Positions 31,689-41,189 of a DNA stretch of 64,000 nt are shown in pieces. The position numbers were made by a program, and so were the translations under genes. The stretch's first letter is position 1, and each line of letters starts with the position of its first letter. Source of the stretch: Treponemataceae bacterium (GTDB taxonomy: Bacteria; Spirochaetota; Spirochaetia; Treponematales; Rectinemataceae); the NCBI GenBank assembly GCA_963667725.2, contig CAXXHO010000003.1:1568001-1632000 (forward strand), read 5' to 3'. The notes beneath the pieces are model-generated. The model saw nothing but the letters and a program-made list of their open reading frames with translations. It ran no database searches and was not told where the DNA came from.

Positions 31689-33160
31689 CGGTACGCCAAG
31701 CCTCCGGCGAGGCTTGCCTGGGCCGAGTCGCCGAACCAGCATTCGCCCTTCCCCCAGACTTCGATCGCGGGACTCAAGGCCGCCTCGAGCCCGACGCCGA
31801 CGATCAGGTTCCTGGTCACCGGCTCCTGGAGGTCGAACCAGGTGGCGGCGCCGTTGGAAGGGGGATAGTCGCTTTCGATGCCGTAGGATCCCTTTCGCAG
31901 GTATTTGAGCGACAGATCGGCCTTGAGGCGGGGGGTTTCCCAGGAAAGCTTCAGCATGTCGAGGATGGTGTCGGGGCCGTAGGGAAAACCGAGGTAGAAG
32001 GCGTTGGCCGTGTACAAGTAGCCAGTCGATGTATTGACCAGCCGGTGGTCGGGGAGCGTCCATTTTCCCGAATCGTGCTCTCTGTTGTAGAGGTAGGTGG
32101 TGGTCCGATAGCCCTCGTAGCTCAGGCGCAGGCCTCCCGGTTCCGAAAAGCTGTTCTCCCGAAGCGAATAATCGGCTTCCCTCATGCGGCCGAAGGCGTA
32201 GGGCGCGCCGCCCGCGATTTTCCATTCGGCGCCGCCCAGGAATCCCAGGGCGGTCGGCCGAGCCGGGGAACCGTCGGAGGTCTCCCAGGGCATGACGAGA
32301 TCGTCCATCACGATTTCTCCGAAGGTCCTGACCGTTCCGAATCTGATCTCGGCGTTGGCATCGAGCATGACGTTGCTGTAGGCGTCCTGGTACATGTTGT
32401 GATAGACGGCGAAGGGCGAAATATCGATGAGGCCGGGCACTATGTCGTGGATGAGGTTGAGTTCGCCCACGGCAATCCTCAGCCGGTCGCTCGCGTAGCC
32501 GACCCGATGGGCGAAAATGTTTTTATAGCCCCATCCGGCAGGTTCAGGGTCCAGCTGGGTCCACACGTTGCCGGCCCTGTCCGCCCCGATGGCGACGAAA
32601 CCGTACCACCACTCGCCCTTCCGCGTGGGGAAGCGATAGTCGATCCACAGGTGATCCATGTAGGGCGCGCTGTCGGATATGGCGAGCCCATAAGTGCCTG
32701 GCCCCCATTTGAGCTGGCGCCTTCCTATCGAAAGCAGAAGCTTCTCGCCCCCGAACTCAAAATAGCCGACGGTGGGCATGTTTGCGTCGCCTATGGAGTT
32801 GATGCCATGGGCGACGAAGGGCAGATTGCTGTAATACCGTTCGGTGGCGAAGGATTGGAAATCGGGCCGTATATCGACGCGGAAAACGATTTCCGACCTG
32901 GCGGCATGCAGCTCGAGTCCCAGATTGAGCACGGAAGGGAAATCGTAGTAACGGGCATAATCCTCAGGACTCAGGGACAGCGTGTCGCCGAGAGGATCGA
33001 CGCTTGTGAGGCTGAAGGCAGGCATTGCCTGTACAAAAAACAGAGCCTCCCCCGGCAGCGGAGCCGGGGCGATCCATGAGCATACGCCGAACAGGCAGAA
33101 GAACAAGAGCCCGAGCGGCTTCGGTTTCGGACCTGTCATCCGAAAATCGGTCCGAGCCAT
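31673..33160 (-). CDS. Putative outer-membrane beta-barrel protein (Wzi-like)
   Basis: Signal-like N-terminus, IGRRQLKWGPG...L..SD.AP motif, alternating aromatic strands, C-terminal YRY. Confidence 0.55.
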   Translation of the reverse strand: MARTDFRMTGPKPKPLGLLFFCLFGVCSWIAPAPLPGEALFFVQAMPAFSLTSVDPLGDTLSLSPEDYARYYDFPSVLNLGLELHAARSEIVFRVDIRPDFQSFATERYYSNLPFVAHGINSIGDANMPTVGYFEFGGEKLLLSIGRRQLKWGPGTYGLAISDSAPYMDHLWIDYRFPTRKGEWWYGFVAIGADRAGNVWTQLDPEPAGWGYKNIFAHRVGYASDRLRIAVGELNLIHDIVPGLIDISPFAVYHNMYQDAYSNVMLDANAEIRFGTVRTFGEIVMDDLVMPWETSDGSPARPTALGFLGGAEWKIAGGAPYAFGRMREADYSLRENSFSEPGGLRLSYEGYRTTTYLYNREHDSGKWTLPDHRLVNTSTGYLYTANAFYLGFPYGPDTILDMLKLSWETPRLKADLSLKYLRKGSYGIESDYPPSNGAATWFDLQEPVTRNLIVGVGLEAALSPAIEVWGKGECWFGDSAQASLAGGLAYRYSTR

Positions 33161-35208
33161 CCGGCGAAATACGCTACGGCGAAGGCTATGACGATGAGAA
33201 GCGCGATGTAGAGCGCCCAGGGCTTCTTTTTCTCGGCGAACGGATCCTTGACGACCTTGGCGGCCCCAGGAGGCAGAACGGCGAGGTGGCTCAGGGTCGC
33301 GCCGAAGGGAACGTTGATCTTAAGCCGTCCATTAACCGCCCAGCCTTCCGCGTTGAGCAGAGGGCCCAGGTTCCTTTTCCGCAGCTTCATGTAGGCAAGA
33401 ATCATGGAGGGACCGGAGATGAGGAGGAAAATGGCGGCGACGCCGACGGGCATCCAGACGCCCATGCCGAAGAATATCCCCAGAATCCCCGTAACCATCG
33501 CGCCGACGCTTCCCAAGGCGACACCTATGGCCGCCACGGTTCCGACGTCTATTTTCTTGGGCGCCAGCTGCTCTGGTTTGGGTCCGTTGACCGTCGCCTG
33601 CGCGACTCCCTTCATCTTGTCCATGTTCGCGGCTTCCGCCGTGGCCGCCCGCTTCATGGCGAGTTCCTCTACCGTCCTGATGAGCAGCTTGTAAGGGCTG
33701 AAGAAGGCTTCGCGGATGCTGATTGGCTGGATGACGACCTTTGTGATGACGGCATCCCAATCGGTGCCTTCCGTATCGTAGTAAATGCCGTTCCGGCCAA
33801 TGAAGATGTTGTCGGCGTCGCCTGCGGTCAAGGCCGCGACAATCGACTTTTTCCTGCCGTCCTTTCGGGAGAGATCGCAATAGATGAGATAGATGGACGA
33901 CAAACCGGCCATCGTACCGTGGGCCGGGGCGTTTTTTACGTCCAGGCACAACTCCATTTCCCTGCCGTCGAGAAAGAGCCTGCCCGACATGAACATTCCT
34001 CTTTTCCGGACATAGAATTCGTCAAGGTTGACAAAATTCCCCAAAATGCGCAGAAAATCCCTCTTCAGGATCAGCAGGGTTCTGATCTTGCCCAAAGATT
34101 CGGCCTTCTCTGCCATCGCCAGATCCTTTTCTATAAGCGCGCGCAGCTTTTCCAGGGCATCCTGGCCGAAAGCGGGCTCGAAAACCTGACCATCCAAAAC
34201 GGCCACGCCCGTCTTGGGCTTGGAATCGGCCCAGGCGTTATATGAATACATCGTCGCCGCGATATTCTCCCATTCGGCCTGCGTGACGACATTCGCGCTG
34301 CCGAGCTTTTTCGCCGAAAGGGCGAAAAACGAAAGAACCGCCTTGCCATGACTGGGATGGAGGGCGCCATCGAGGCGCAGAACGCATGCGGCGTCGGGCA
34401 GGGCGACCGGCAGTCTCGCCAACTCTTCGGAATCGGCGGGTAGATTTCTGGACAGAACCGATGCCATGAGCGCTTCCAGCTCCCCCATGATTGAAGATCC
34501 CGACATGGCCAGAATGCGGCAGCGCTTGAAATAATCATCGAGCTGGGGACCGATCGCCTTGAAAAGATCGGCCGCCTTCCTGCCCTCCTCTTCCGAGGCG
34601 AAAAGACCCGTAAAAGCCTCGGCTCCGCCCAGCCATGAGCGGTAATCCGCTACGTCGGCGCTAAACCTGTCCAGGGAAGCCGCGTCCACGCCCGCTTCGC
34701 CGCAGGAATCCTGGACCGCGTAGCCCGTTCCGACCAGGGTGGCGATCAGCGCCTTCGAAGCCTCGTCCTCGGCCGAAGTCGATACCACGACGCCATCCCC
34801 GTTGAAAGGCAGGGCGGAGAACGTGTTTATGGCCTCTTCGACCGTGGTGAGATCGATAGATGTATGCTTGCCCTGCATCCGCGAGACGGCTTGATTCAGA
34901 GCGGCGTCCTTCAGCTGCTCGGCGGCGATGCTGTCGTTCTGCTCAAAGAGAATATCGAGCGAATTCAGCTGCCCCTTCAGCTCCTCGATGGTTCTGAGGA
35001 TATCGGTGACCCTTATCTTTCCGTCTTTGTCGGCATCGAGATAGGCTAGACCGTCCTTGAAGGCGGGCTGGGCGGCCGGCATGGCGAGGACTGCCCACAA
35101 TTTCTGATCCAGGTCGCCAAGCCGGGCTATATCGGCTCCATTTCTGATGACTACCTGATCCACACCGCCGATCCGGGAAAAACTCCAAGCGCCAGCAGTC
35201 TCTTTCAT
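33136..35208 (-). CDS. Conserved membrane-anchored protein with an EF-hand-like loop
   Basis: GGVDQV, DLDQKLW, DADKDGKIRVTD loop, three C-terminal TM segments, KRNLGPLLNA.GWAVN. Confidence 0.75.
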   Translation of the reverse strand: MKETAGAWSFSRIGGVDQVVIRNGADIARLGDLDQKLWAVLAMPAAQPAFKDGLAYLDADKDGKIRVTDILRTIEELKGQLNSLDILFEQNDSIAAEQLKDAALNQAVSRMQGKHTSIDLTTVEEAINTFSALPFNGDGVVVSTSAEDEASKALIATLVGTGYAVQDSCGEAGVDAASLDRFSADVADYRSWLGGAEAFTGLFASEEEGRKAADLFKAIGPQLDDYFKRCRILAMSGSSIMGELEALMASVLSRNLPADSEELARLPVALPDAACVLRLDGALHPSHGKAVLSFFALSAKKLGSANVVTQAEWENIAATMYSYNAWADSKPKTGVAVLDGQVFEPAFGQDALEKLRALIEKDLAMAEKAESLGKIRTLLILKRDFLRILGNFVNLDEFYVRKRGMFMSGRLFLDGREMELCLDVKNAPAHGTMAGLSSIYLIYCDLSRKDGRKKSIVAALTAGDADNIFIGRNGIYYDTEGTDWDAVITKVVIQPISIREAFFSPYKLLIRTVEELAMKRAATAEAANMDKMKGVAQATVNGPKPEQLAPKKIDVGTVAAIGVALGSVGAMVTGILGIFFGMGVWMPVGVAAIFLLISGPSMILAYMKLRKRNLGPLLNAEGWAVNGRLKINVPFGATLSHLAVLPPGAAKVVKDPFAEKKKPWALYIALLIVIAFAVAYFAGWLGPIFG

Positions 35209-35400
35209 GGAGATAGACTCCTTATCTGTACGATCATTCTAGTCGCTGCCTGTCACAGTATCAGCGGTTTTCTTTTTCCGCGCAAGGCTATATACAGATT
35301 TCCAGGCATAAGTCATTTGACCGGCTCCAGAGAATTTAGCTATACTATATGAGCAAATCCCAAACGGAAAATTTCCAGGAAAGATATTCAAGGAGCCGTC

Positions 35401-35718
35401 ATGAGCGTCGAAGTAACCCTTACCTCAGCCAACTTCCAGGCGGAAGTTCTCGATTCGAAAATCCCCGTCCTCGTCGATTTCTGGGCCGAATGGTGTATGC
35501 CCTGCAGGATGATCGCCCCTTCGATCGCCCAGATCGCCGAAGCCAATGAAGGCAAAATCAAGGTAGGGAAAGTGAATGTCGACGATGAAGGCGATATAGC
35601 CTCGCAATATGGCATCATCTCGATCCCCACGCTTCTGTTTTTCAAGGACGGCCAGCTCGCCAAACAGAAAGTGGGAGCCCTACCCAAACACGAGATCGAG
35701 AACTTCATTAAAGACTGA
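35401..35718 (+). CDS. trxA: Thioredoxin
   Basis: DFWAEWCMPC, SIPT. Confidence 0.95.
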   Translation: MSVEVTLTSANFQAEVLDSKIPVLVDFWAEWCMPCRMIAPSIAQIAEANEGKIKVGKVNVDDEGDIASQYGIISIPTLLFFKDGQLAKQKVGALPKHEIENFIKD

Positions 35719-35748
35719 ACCCAAACACGCCGGAGCGGCTCCAGGATC

Positions 35749-36885
35749 TTAGCCGGTCTTGGAGCCGCTCTTCCTTGTCTTCTTGGAACCTGCGGCGGAT
35801 TTTCCCGGAGCCGCGATGCCAGGACTCTGTGTGCCCGATTCCCCAACCTGCCATTGACCGGCCCCCACCTCGCCATCTCGATTCCGATGCAGGGGCTTGG
35901 AAGCCGAGCTCTTCCAGGGAAATCCGTCTTCCCATAACGGCGGGCTGGAACAAGGCCAGAGATCGGCAATTGTCAACTCCTCCAGAAATCCTGAAAGCTT
36001 AGCCGAATCGACCTCGCCGGTTTTGGCTGAAGAAACGAAGAAAACGCCGTCCACCGGCTGATCTTCTTCCCTGAGTCTTAGCATGATAAGGCCGGTCTCG
36101 TCCGGAATTCCGCCCGCATCGGACCAGAAATCCCTTCCCGCGACGCTCGCGTCCACACCTCCCGAAAGCGAAAGATCAGGCCCGGTCTCGTCCACTTCGG
36201 ACGGAAGGCCTTCGGGTGCGCAATGCAGGACAACAATCGAATTCTTGGCCGCTTCGCAGGGAGGAAAGGTGTAGGACATGGTCTTTACCGAACTGGCCCA
36301 TTGCACCTGTACTCCTCCGGTGTTCCCGCCTTCCTCGACCGTAAACTCGATATAATCCCTATGGAGGTTGCTGGCTGAACTGTTCTTGCCCGTCTGTATC
36401 TCGTTTATGCGCAGCAGCGCGGGCTTTTCGTTGTAGCCGACGAAGGAAAAGAGGAATCTCGTCGTATTGCCGGACTCATCCCTAGCCTCGCCGGAAAGAG
36501 AGCAGGCCTCTCCTGCCGCGGCCGCGGGATCCAGCGAGACGGTCAGGAGCGCCCCTTCGGAATCGGGAGTCGCTCTGGTAGCCGCGGGATCGAAAGCAAA
36601 ACTCTGGATTATCGGCTGGACATTTTCATCGAAGAGAATCTTAAAGGTCCCCGGATCGCTCTGGCCCGCGTCGAGAATGGATGGAGGCCTGATATCGCCC
36701 GCCGGCAGAAGTATGTCCGAAGGATCGGGGGAACAGGCGGCCATGAAAGCGGCGGCCGCGAGACAAGGCCAAAGCCAGGCGTTTCGCCCTGAGGTGAATG
36801 GATAAGGGCAGCTGCCGCCGCCTGAACTTCTTTTAAGGCTGGCGGCTTCTGGCCCCAGCATTCCCGAAAGTCCGGACCTCCCCAT
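35749..36885 (-). CDS. Putative lipoprotein with a lamin-tail-like domain
   Basis: AGGAGG RBS, hydrophobic stretch ending MAAC, LRINEI...DYIEF, TQSPG. Confidence 0.6.
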   Translation of the reverse strand: MGRSGLSGMLGPEAASLKRSSGGGSCPYPFTSGRNAWLWPCLAAAAFMAACSPDPSDILLPAGDIRPPSILDAGQSDPGTFKILFDENVQPIIQSFAFDPAATRATPDSEGALLTVSLDPAAAAGEACSLSGEARDESGNTTRFLFSFVGYNEKPALLRINEIQTGKNSSASNLHRDYIEFTVEEGGNTGGVQVQWASSVKTMSYTFPPCEAAKNSIVVLHCAPEGLPSEVDETGPDLSLSGGVDASVAGRDFWSDAGGIPDETGLIMLRLREEDQPVDGVFFVSSAKTGEVDSAKLSGFLEELTIADLWPCSSPPLWEDGFPWKSSASKPLHRNRDGEVGAGQWQVGESGTQSPGIAAPGKSAAGSKKTRKSGSKTG

Positions 36886-36982
36886 GGATACCTCCTGGCC
36901 AAGTCTCACCTTGTGAACGTCCGGAGAATATTCCTTCGCTTCAATATTGCCGCGTGGCGCCTCCCTGAAGTAAGATTGTCGC

Positions 36983-37441
36983 ATGAATATTGTAATAGCC
37001 AACGACCATGGCGCCGTCGATCTTAAAAAACGGCTTCTCCAATGGTTGCAGAAAAAGGGGCATTCGGTGAAGAATCTGGGGGTCGACTCGGAAGACAGGG
37101 TCGATTACCCCGACATGGCGACTCTGGCGGTCAAGGAGTATTCCAAGGGCGGCTATGATTTCGGCATCCTGCTCTGCGGGACCGGCATCGGGATTTCCAT
37201 CGCCGCGAACAGGCATAAGGGAATCCGCTGCGCCCTCATACACGACAGCTTCACCGCCCTCATGGCCAAGGAGCACAACAACGCCAACTTTCTCGCCTTC
37301 GGCGGAAGGGTTCAATACAGGGAAAAGCCCGAAGATATTCTGGAAGTGTTCATGAACGCCAGTTTCCAGGGCGGCCGCCACGAGCTGAGAATAGAAAAGC
37401 TGGACGCGTTCGAGGAAACGGAGAATTTCACCTTGCCCTGA
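36983..37441 (+). CDS. rpiB: Ribose-5-phosphate isomerase B
   Basis: NDHG, DYPD, CGTGIG, EHNNAN, GGRH. Confidence 0.95.
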   Translation: MNIVIANDHGAVDLKKRLLQWLQKKGHSVKNLGVDSEDRVDYPDMATLAVKEYSKGGYDFGILLCGTGIGISIAANRHKGIRCALIHDSFTALMAKEHNNANFLAFGGRVQYREKPEDILEVFMNASFQGGRHELRIEKLDAFEETENFTLP

Positions 37442-38483
37442 TGCGGAGAAGGTCGGCCCGGTCGACGACGAGGCTGGCTCCGTAGAGGGCGGCGCCCAAG
37501 AGGCCGGCTCTGTGCGACAGAAGCGCCGTCTCGAATTTGCATTGCTTCCAGGCATCGCGATACACCTTCTCGCGCACGAGTTCGGCGATCCGCGCCGGCA
37601 GGTGGGGGGCTCCCGCGATGACGCCGCCGCCGAAGACGACGGTATCGGGCGCCATCATGGCCAAGGCTACCGATACGGCGCGGGCCAGGGCCTCGGCGGC
37701 GACCGCGTCGACGGCGAGCGCGAGGCGATCCCCGGCCGCGTAGGCTTCGTAGACTTCCCGGGCGTTGAAACATTCACCGGCGAGCGCGCGCGCCGCCAGG
37801 GGCGAATCTTTAAATGAGGAGGCAGGGCCGGCGGCGCGCGCCATCGACCCGAGCCCCGCGTCTTCTCCCCTGCCCAAGGCGGCCGCCACCCTCCCGATGG
37901 AAGGCCCCGAAGCGTAGGCCTCGGAGCAGCCGTCGATGCCGCAGGCGCAGCGCCTGCCGGAAGGTTCGATCACGAAATGCCCGATCTCCAGCGCCCTGTC
38001 GTCGCAGCCGCCGAAGATCCTGCCGTCTTCCACATAGCCGCCGCCGATCCCCGTCCCCAGACCTATGAACAGCAAACCTTTAAGGCTTCCTTCCCTCGCC
38101 GCCCACTCCCCGTAGGCGGCCATATTGCCGTCGTTGCGAACGGCGCAGGGAGCGGCGGCCATTGCCGAGACTTCATCGCGGAGTCTCGTTCCATACCAGC
38201 CGGAAATATTGGCCGACATGCCGACGATGACTCCGTCGCTATCCACCCCGCCCGGCGTGCCTACACCCACGGAGGCAATCGTGCCGACGGCCGAAAGCTC
38301 GGCGATAACGCCGCGGATGACTTCCAGGACGGCGGCCGCGCCGCACGAGGCGGCCGTCTCCCGCGAGGCGGGCGTGGTCCGCGACACTTCAAGTCGCGAC
38401 TTCCCCGCGCCATCCAGGACGACGCCCTTTATGGTTTGCCCGCCTATGTCCAGGCCGGCGTAGAGCTTTTCCATTCGATTCAT
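37428..38483 (-). CDS. ROK-family sugar kinase
   Basis: DIGG, NDGN, LGTGIGGG, EIGH, CACG..GC.E. Confidence 0.92.
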   Translation of the reverse strand: MNRMEKLYAGLDIGGQTIKGVVLDGAGKSRLEVSRTTPASRETAASCGAAAVLEVIRGVIAELSAVGTIASVGVGTPGGVDSDGVIVGMSANISGWYGTRLRDEVSAMAAAPCAVRNDGNMAAYGEWAAREGSLKGLLFIGLGTGIGGGYVEDGRIFGGCDDRALEIGHFVIEPSGRRCACGIDGCSEAYASGPSIGRVAAALGRGEDAGLGSMARAAGPASSFKDSPLAARALAGECFNAREVYEAYAAGDRLALAVDAVAAEALARAVSVALAMMAPDTVVFGGGVIAGAPHLPARIAELVREKVYRDAWKQCKFETALLSHRAGLLGAALYGASLVVDRADLLRIRAR

Positions 38484-38489
38484 TTCCTT

Positions 38490-39905
38490 TCAGAGAAGAT
38501 AGGTTTCTCCCGCTTGGACTATCTCAACGGCGGCGGCGCCAGCTCCCAGCACCTTCTCCCTCATCGAAGCGAGGGCTTCCGATTCGCCATGGACGAGGAA
38601 CACTTTCTTGATCCTCGCGATATCGGTTCCCTTCAGCCAGTCGAGGGTTTCCTTCCAGTCGGCGTGAGCCGAAAAAGCGTCTATTTCCTGGATATCGGCC
38701 TTCACCCTGAACCAGTCTCCATGGATCCGCACATCCTTGGCCCCGTCCCTCAATCGCCTGCCCAGGGTTCCCTCGGCCATATAGCCGACGATAAGGATGG
38801 TGTTCGCGGCGCTGCCCACATTGTGGATCAGATGATGCTGTATCCTGCCGAACTCGCACATTCCGTCGGCGGAAATGACGATCATGGAACCCTTCGCCGC
38901 GTTGAGGGCCTTGGAATCGGCGACCGTCCTTGAAAAACGAAGCGCGGCGAAGCCGAAAGGATTTTCGGAATGGACCGTGAAGGCATCGTGAGTCTGCTGG
39001 TCGTAACATTCTGGATGAAGGCGGAATATCTCCGTCGCGTCCACCGCCATCGGCGAATCCACCCAGATAGGCAGGTCGGGAATTTCACCCTTATCCTGAA
39101 GAAGGTGAAGATTGAAAACAAGCTCCTGCGTTCTTTCCACGGCGAAGGCGGGAATGATGATCTTGCCGCCTGACCTGGCGGTGTTCGTCACGATATAAGC
39201 CAGTCTTTTCAGGGCATCGGAAGTGTCCTCGTGCAGTTTGTTGCCGTAGGTGCTCTCCAGAACCAGGTAATCGAGGTCCTCGAGGAATTCCGGATCGCGG
39301 ATAATCGGCTTGTCCTTCCTGCCAAGATCCCCGCTGAAGCCCACCACGAGCTCCTCGCCGTCGGCCGCCTTCAGTTTCATGCGAACCAGGGCGGAACCCA
39401 GTATGTGGCCGGCGTCGAAAAACTCGATCGAGACGCCATCCATGAGGGTAATAGGTCGGTGATAGTTGATGGTGACGAACTGGCCCGTCGTCTGGACGAC
39501 ATCCAGGTCGTTGTACAGCGGCTTCCAGTCGAATTTTTCATTCTTCTTGTCAGCCTGGCGTGAGAGATAGTCGGCATCGCGGGCCTGGATGCGCGCCGAG
39601 TCCATCATCACGAGATTGGCGAGATCCCTCGTCGCCGAGGTCGAGTAGATATTACCCGAAAATCCGCGCTTGACCAAAAGCGGCAGGAGCCCGCAATGGT
39701 CGAAATGAGCGTGCGTGAGGACGACGGCGTCGATGTCCGAGGCGGGAAGGTCACCGAGCAGGGCTCGGTTTTTCGCGTCCGATTCGGCTCTTCTTCCTTG
39801 AAAAGCCCCGCAATCGACCAATATCCGTTTCCCGTCCATTTCGACAAGATGCTTGGAACCCGTCACTTCACCCGCGGCGCCCAGGGAGCGAATGGTTATA
39901 CTCAT
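38490..39905 (-). CDS. MBL-fold/beta-CASP RNA-processing hydrolase
   Basis: EVTGS, THAHFDH, AGHILGS, ESTYG, FSAHAD. Confidence 0.92.
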   Translation of the reverse strand: MSITIRSLGAAGEVTGSKHLVEMDGKRILVDCGAFQGRRAESDAKNRALLGDLPASDIDAVVLTHAHFDHCGLLPLLVKRGFSGNIYSTSATRDLANLVMMDSARIQARDADYLSRQADKKNEKFDWKPLYNDLDVVQTTGQFVTINYHRPITLMDGVSIEFFDAGHILGSALVRMKLKAADGEELVVGFSGDLGRKDKPIIRDPEFLEDLDYLVLESTYGNKLHEDTSDALKRLAYIVTNTARSGGKIIIPAFAVERTQELVFNLHLLQDKGEIPDLPIWVDSPMAVDATEIFRLHPECYDQQTHDAFTVHSENPFGFAALRFSRTVADSKALNAAKGSMIVISADGMCEFGRIQHHLIHNVGSAANTILIVGYMAEGTLGRRLRDGAKDVRIHGDWFRVKADIQEIDAFSAHADWKETLDWLKGTDIARIKKVFLVHGESEALASMREKVLGAGAAAVEIVQAGETYLL

Positions 39906-40001
39906 ATCGTGAATATACCACCAAGTTTACCCCAGGCCAAGAAACCTTGCCTTCGGCCGTACTTGCGGAATTCTCGAATATCTGTCTATTATCATTCCAG
40001 C

Positions 40002-41180
40002 ATGGCTGACAGGATAACCCTTACCGTTGAAAAGCTCGCTTCGGGCGGCGACGGTATCGCATTCCTCGACGGTAAGGCCGTCTTCATCCCCTTCAGCATT
40101 CCCGGCGAGAAAATAACCTGCGAAATCGCCGAAACATCCAAAGACTACATCCGCGCGAGACTCCTCGACGTTCTTGTCCCCTCCCCCTTCAGGGTAAAGC
40201 CTCCCTGTCCTATTTTCGGCCTCTGCGGCGGCTGCGGCCTCCAGCATATCGAATACGGCCATCAGCTCGAATTCAAGGCCGCGGCCGTCCGGGACAGCTT
40301 CAGGCGCATCGCCAAACTTGATCCGACAGAAATGACGATAAAGAGCGGCGCGCCCTACGGCTACAGGAACAGGGTCCAGCTTCACATCGCTCAGGATCAT
40401 GGAATCGGCTTCATGGAAGCCGATTCCGCCTCCTCACTGAGAGCCGAAGGCTGCCCCGTCGCCGCGCCCTGCATCGACGTCTGGCTCCGCCGTCAGAACC
40501 GGAAGTCCAGACCGGACAAAGAGCTTCAGGCGCGCATCGGCCAGCGCGACCGCTTCGTCGTGTTCGGACAGGATGATCGGCTCTACATCGAAGGGATCGA
40601 CCCGCAGGCGAAAGCCATGGTGGCGGGCAGGGAATACCGTTTCCCGCTCAAGCACTTTTTCCAGAGCAACCTGGAGATGGCCGGCGCCCTCGTCGACGAC
40701 GCCCTGCGGGGCATCTCGGGACAAAAGGCCGTCGACCTCTACAGCGGCGCCGGCCTCTTCGCCGCCCGCCTGGCCGGGCAGTTCGGCGAAGTGACCTGCG
40801 TCGAGAGCGACGCCGTGTCGCTGGAAGCCGCCCGGGGCAATCTGCCCGCGGGAACCGGACGTTTCGTGCCCACCGACGTCGAAACCTGGGCCCTGGCGGC
40901 CGCCGCGCGCGCTCGCCGCGGGGAAGCCTCCCGCTTCGACTGGGTCCTCGCCGATCCTCCGCGCAGCGGCCTCTCGCCCGCCACCAGGGAATGGCTGAAA
41001 GGCGCCGATATAGGCGGCTTCATCTACGTTTCCTGCGATCACGTGACGATGGCGCGCGATATCGGCGACCTTACCCGCGCGGGCTGGAGCCTGGAATCCT
41101 TGACGCTGTATGATTTTTATCCCCAGACGGGATATATCGAAGCCCTCGGGCGGCTCAGGCCGCCCGGGAAGGCCACATAG
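40002..41180 (+). CDS. TRAM-domain RNA (uracil-5)-methyltransferase, RlmD-like
   Basis: C...GLCGGC Fe-S motif, FFQSN, DLYSGAG, DPPRSG, YVSC, DFYPQT. Confidence 0.9.
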   Translation: MADRITLTVEKLASGGDGIAFLDGKAVFIPFSIPGEKITCEIAETSKDYIRARLLDVLVPSPFRVKPPCPIFGLCGGCGLQHIEYGHQLEFKAAAVRDSFRRIAKLDPTEMTIKSGAPYGYRNRVQLHIAQDHGIGFMEADSASSLRAEGCPVAAPCIDVWLRRQNRKSRPDKELQARIGQRDRFVVFGQDDRLYIEGIDPQAKAMVAGREYRFPLKHFFQSNLEMAGALVDDALRGISGQKAVDLYSGAGLFAARLAGQFGEVTCVESDAVSLEAARGNLPAGTGRFVPTDVETWALAAAARARRGEASRFDWVLADPPRSGLSPATREWLKGADIGGFIYVSCDHVTMARDIGDLTRAGWSLESLTLYDFYPQTGYIEALGRLRPPGKAT

Positions 41181-41189
41181 GAGGCTACC

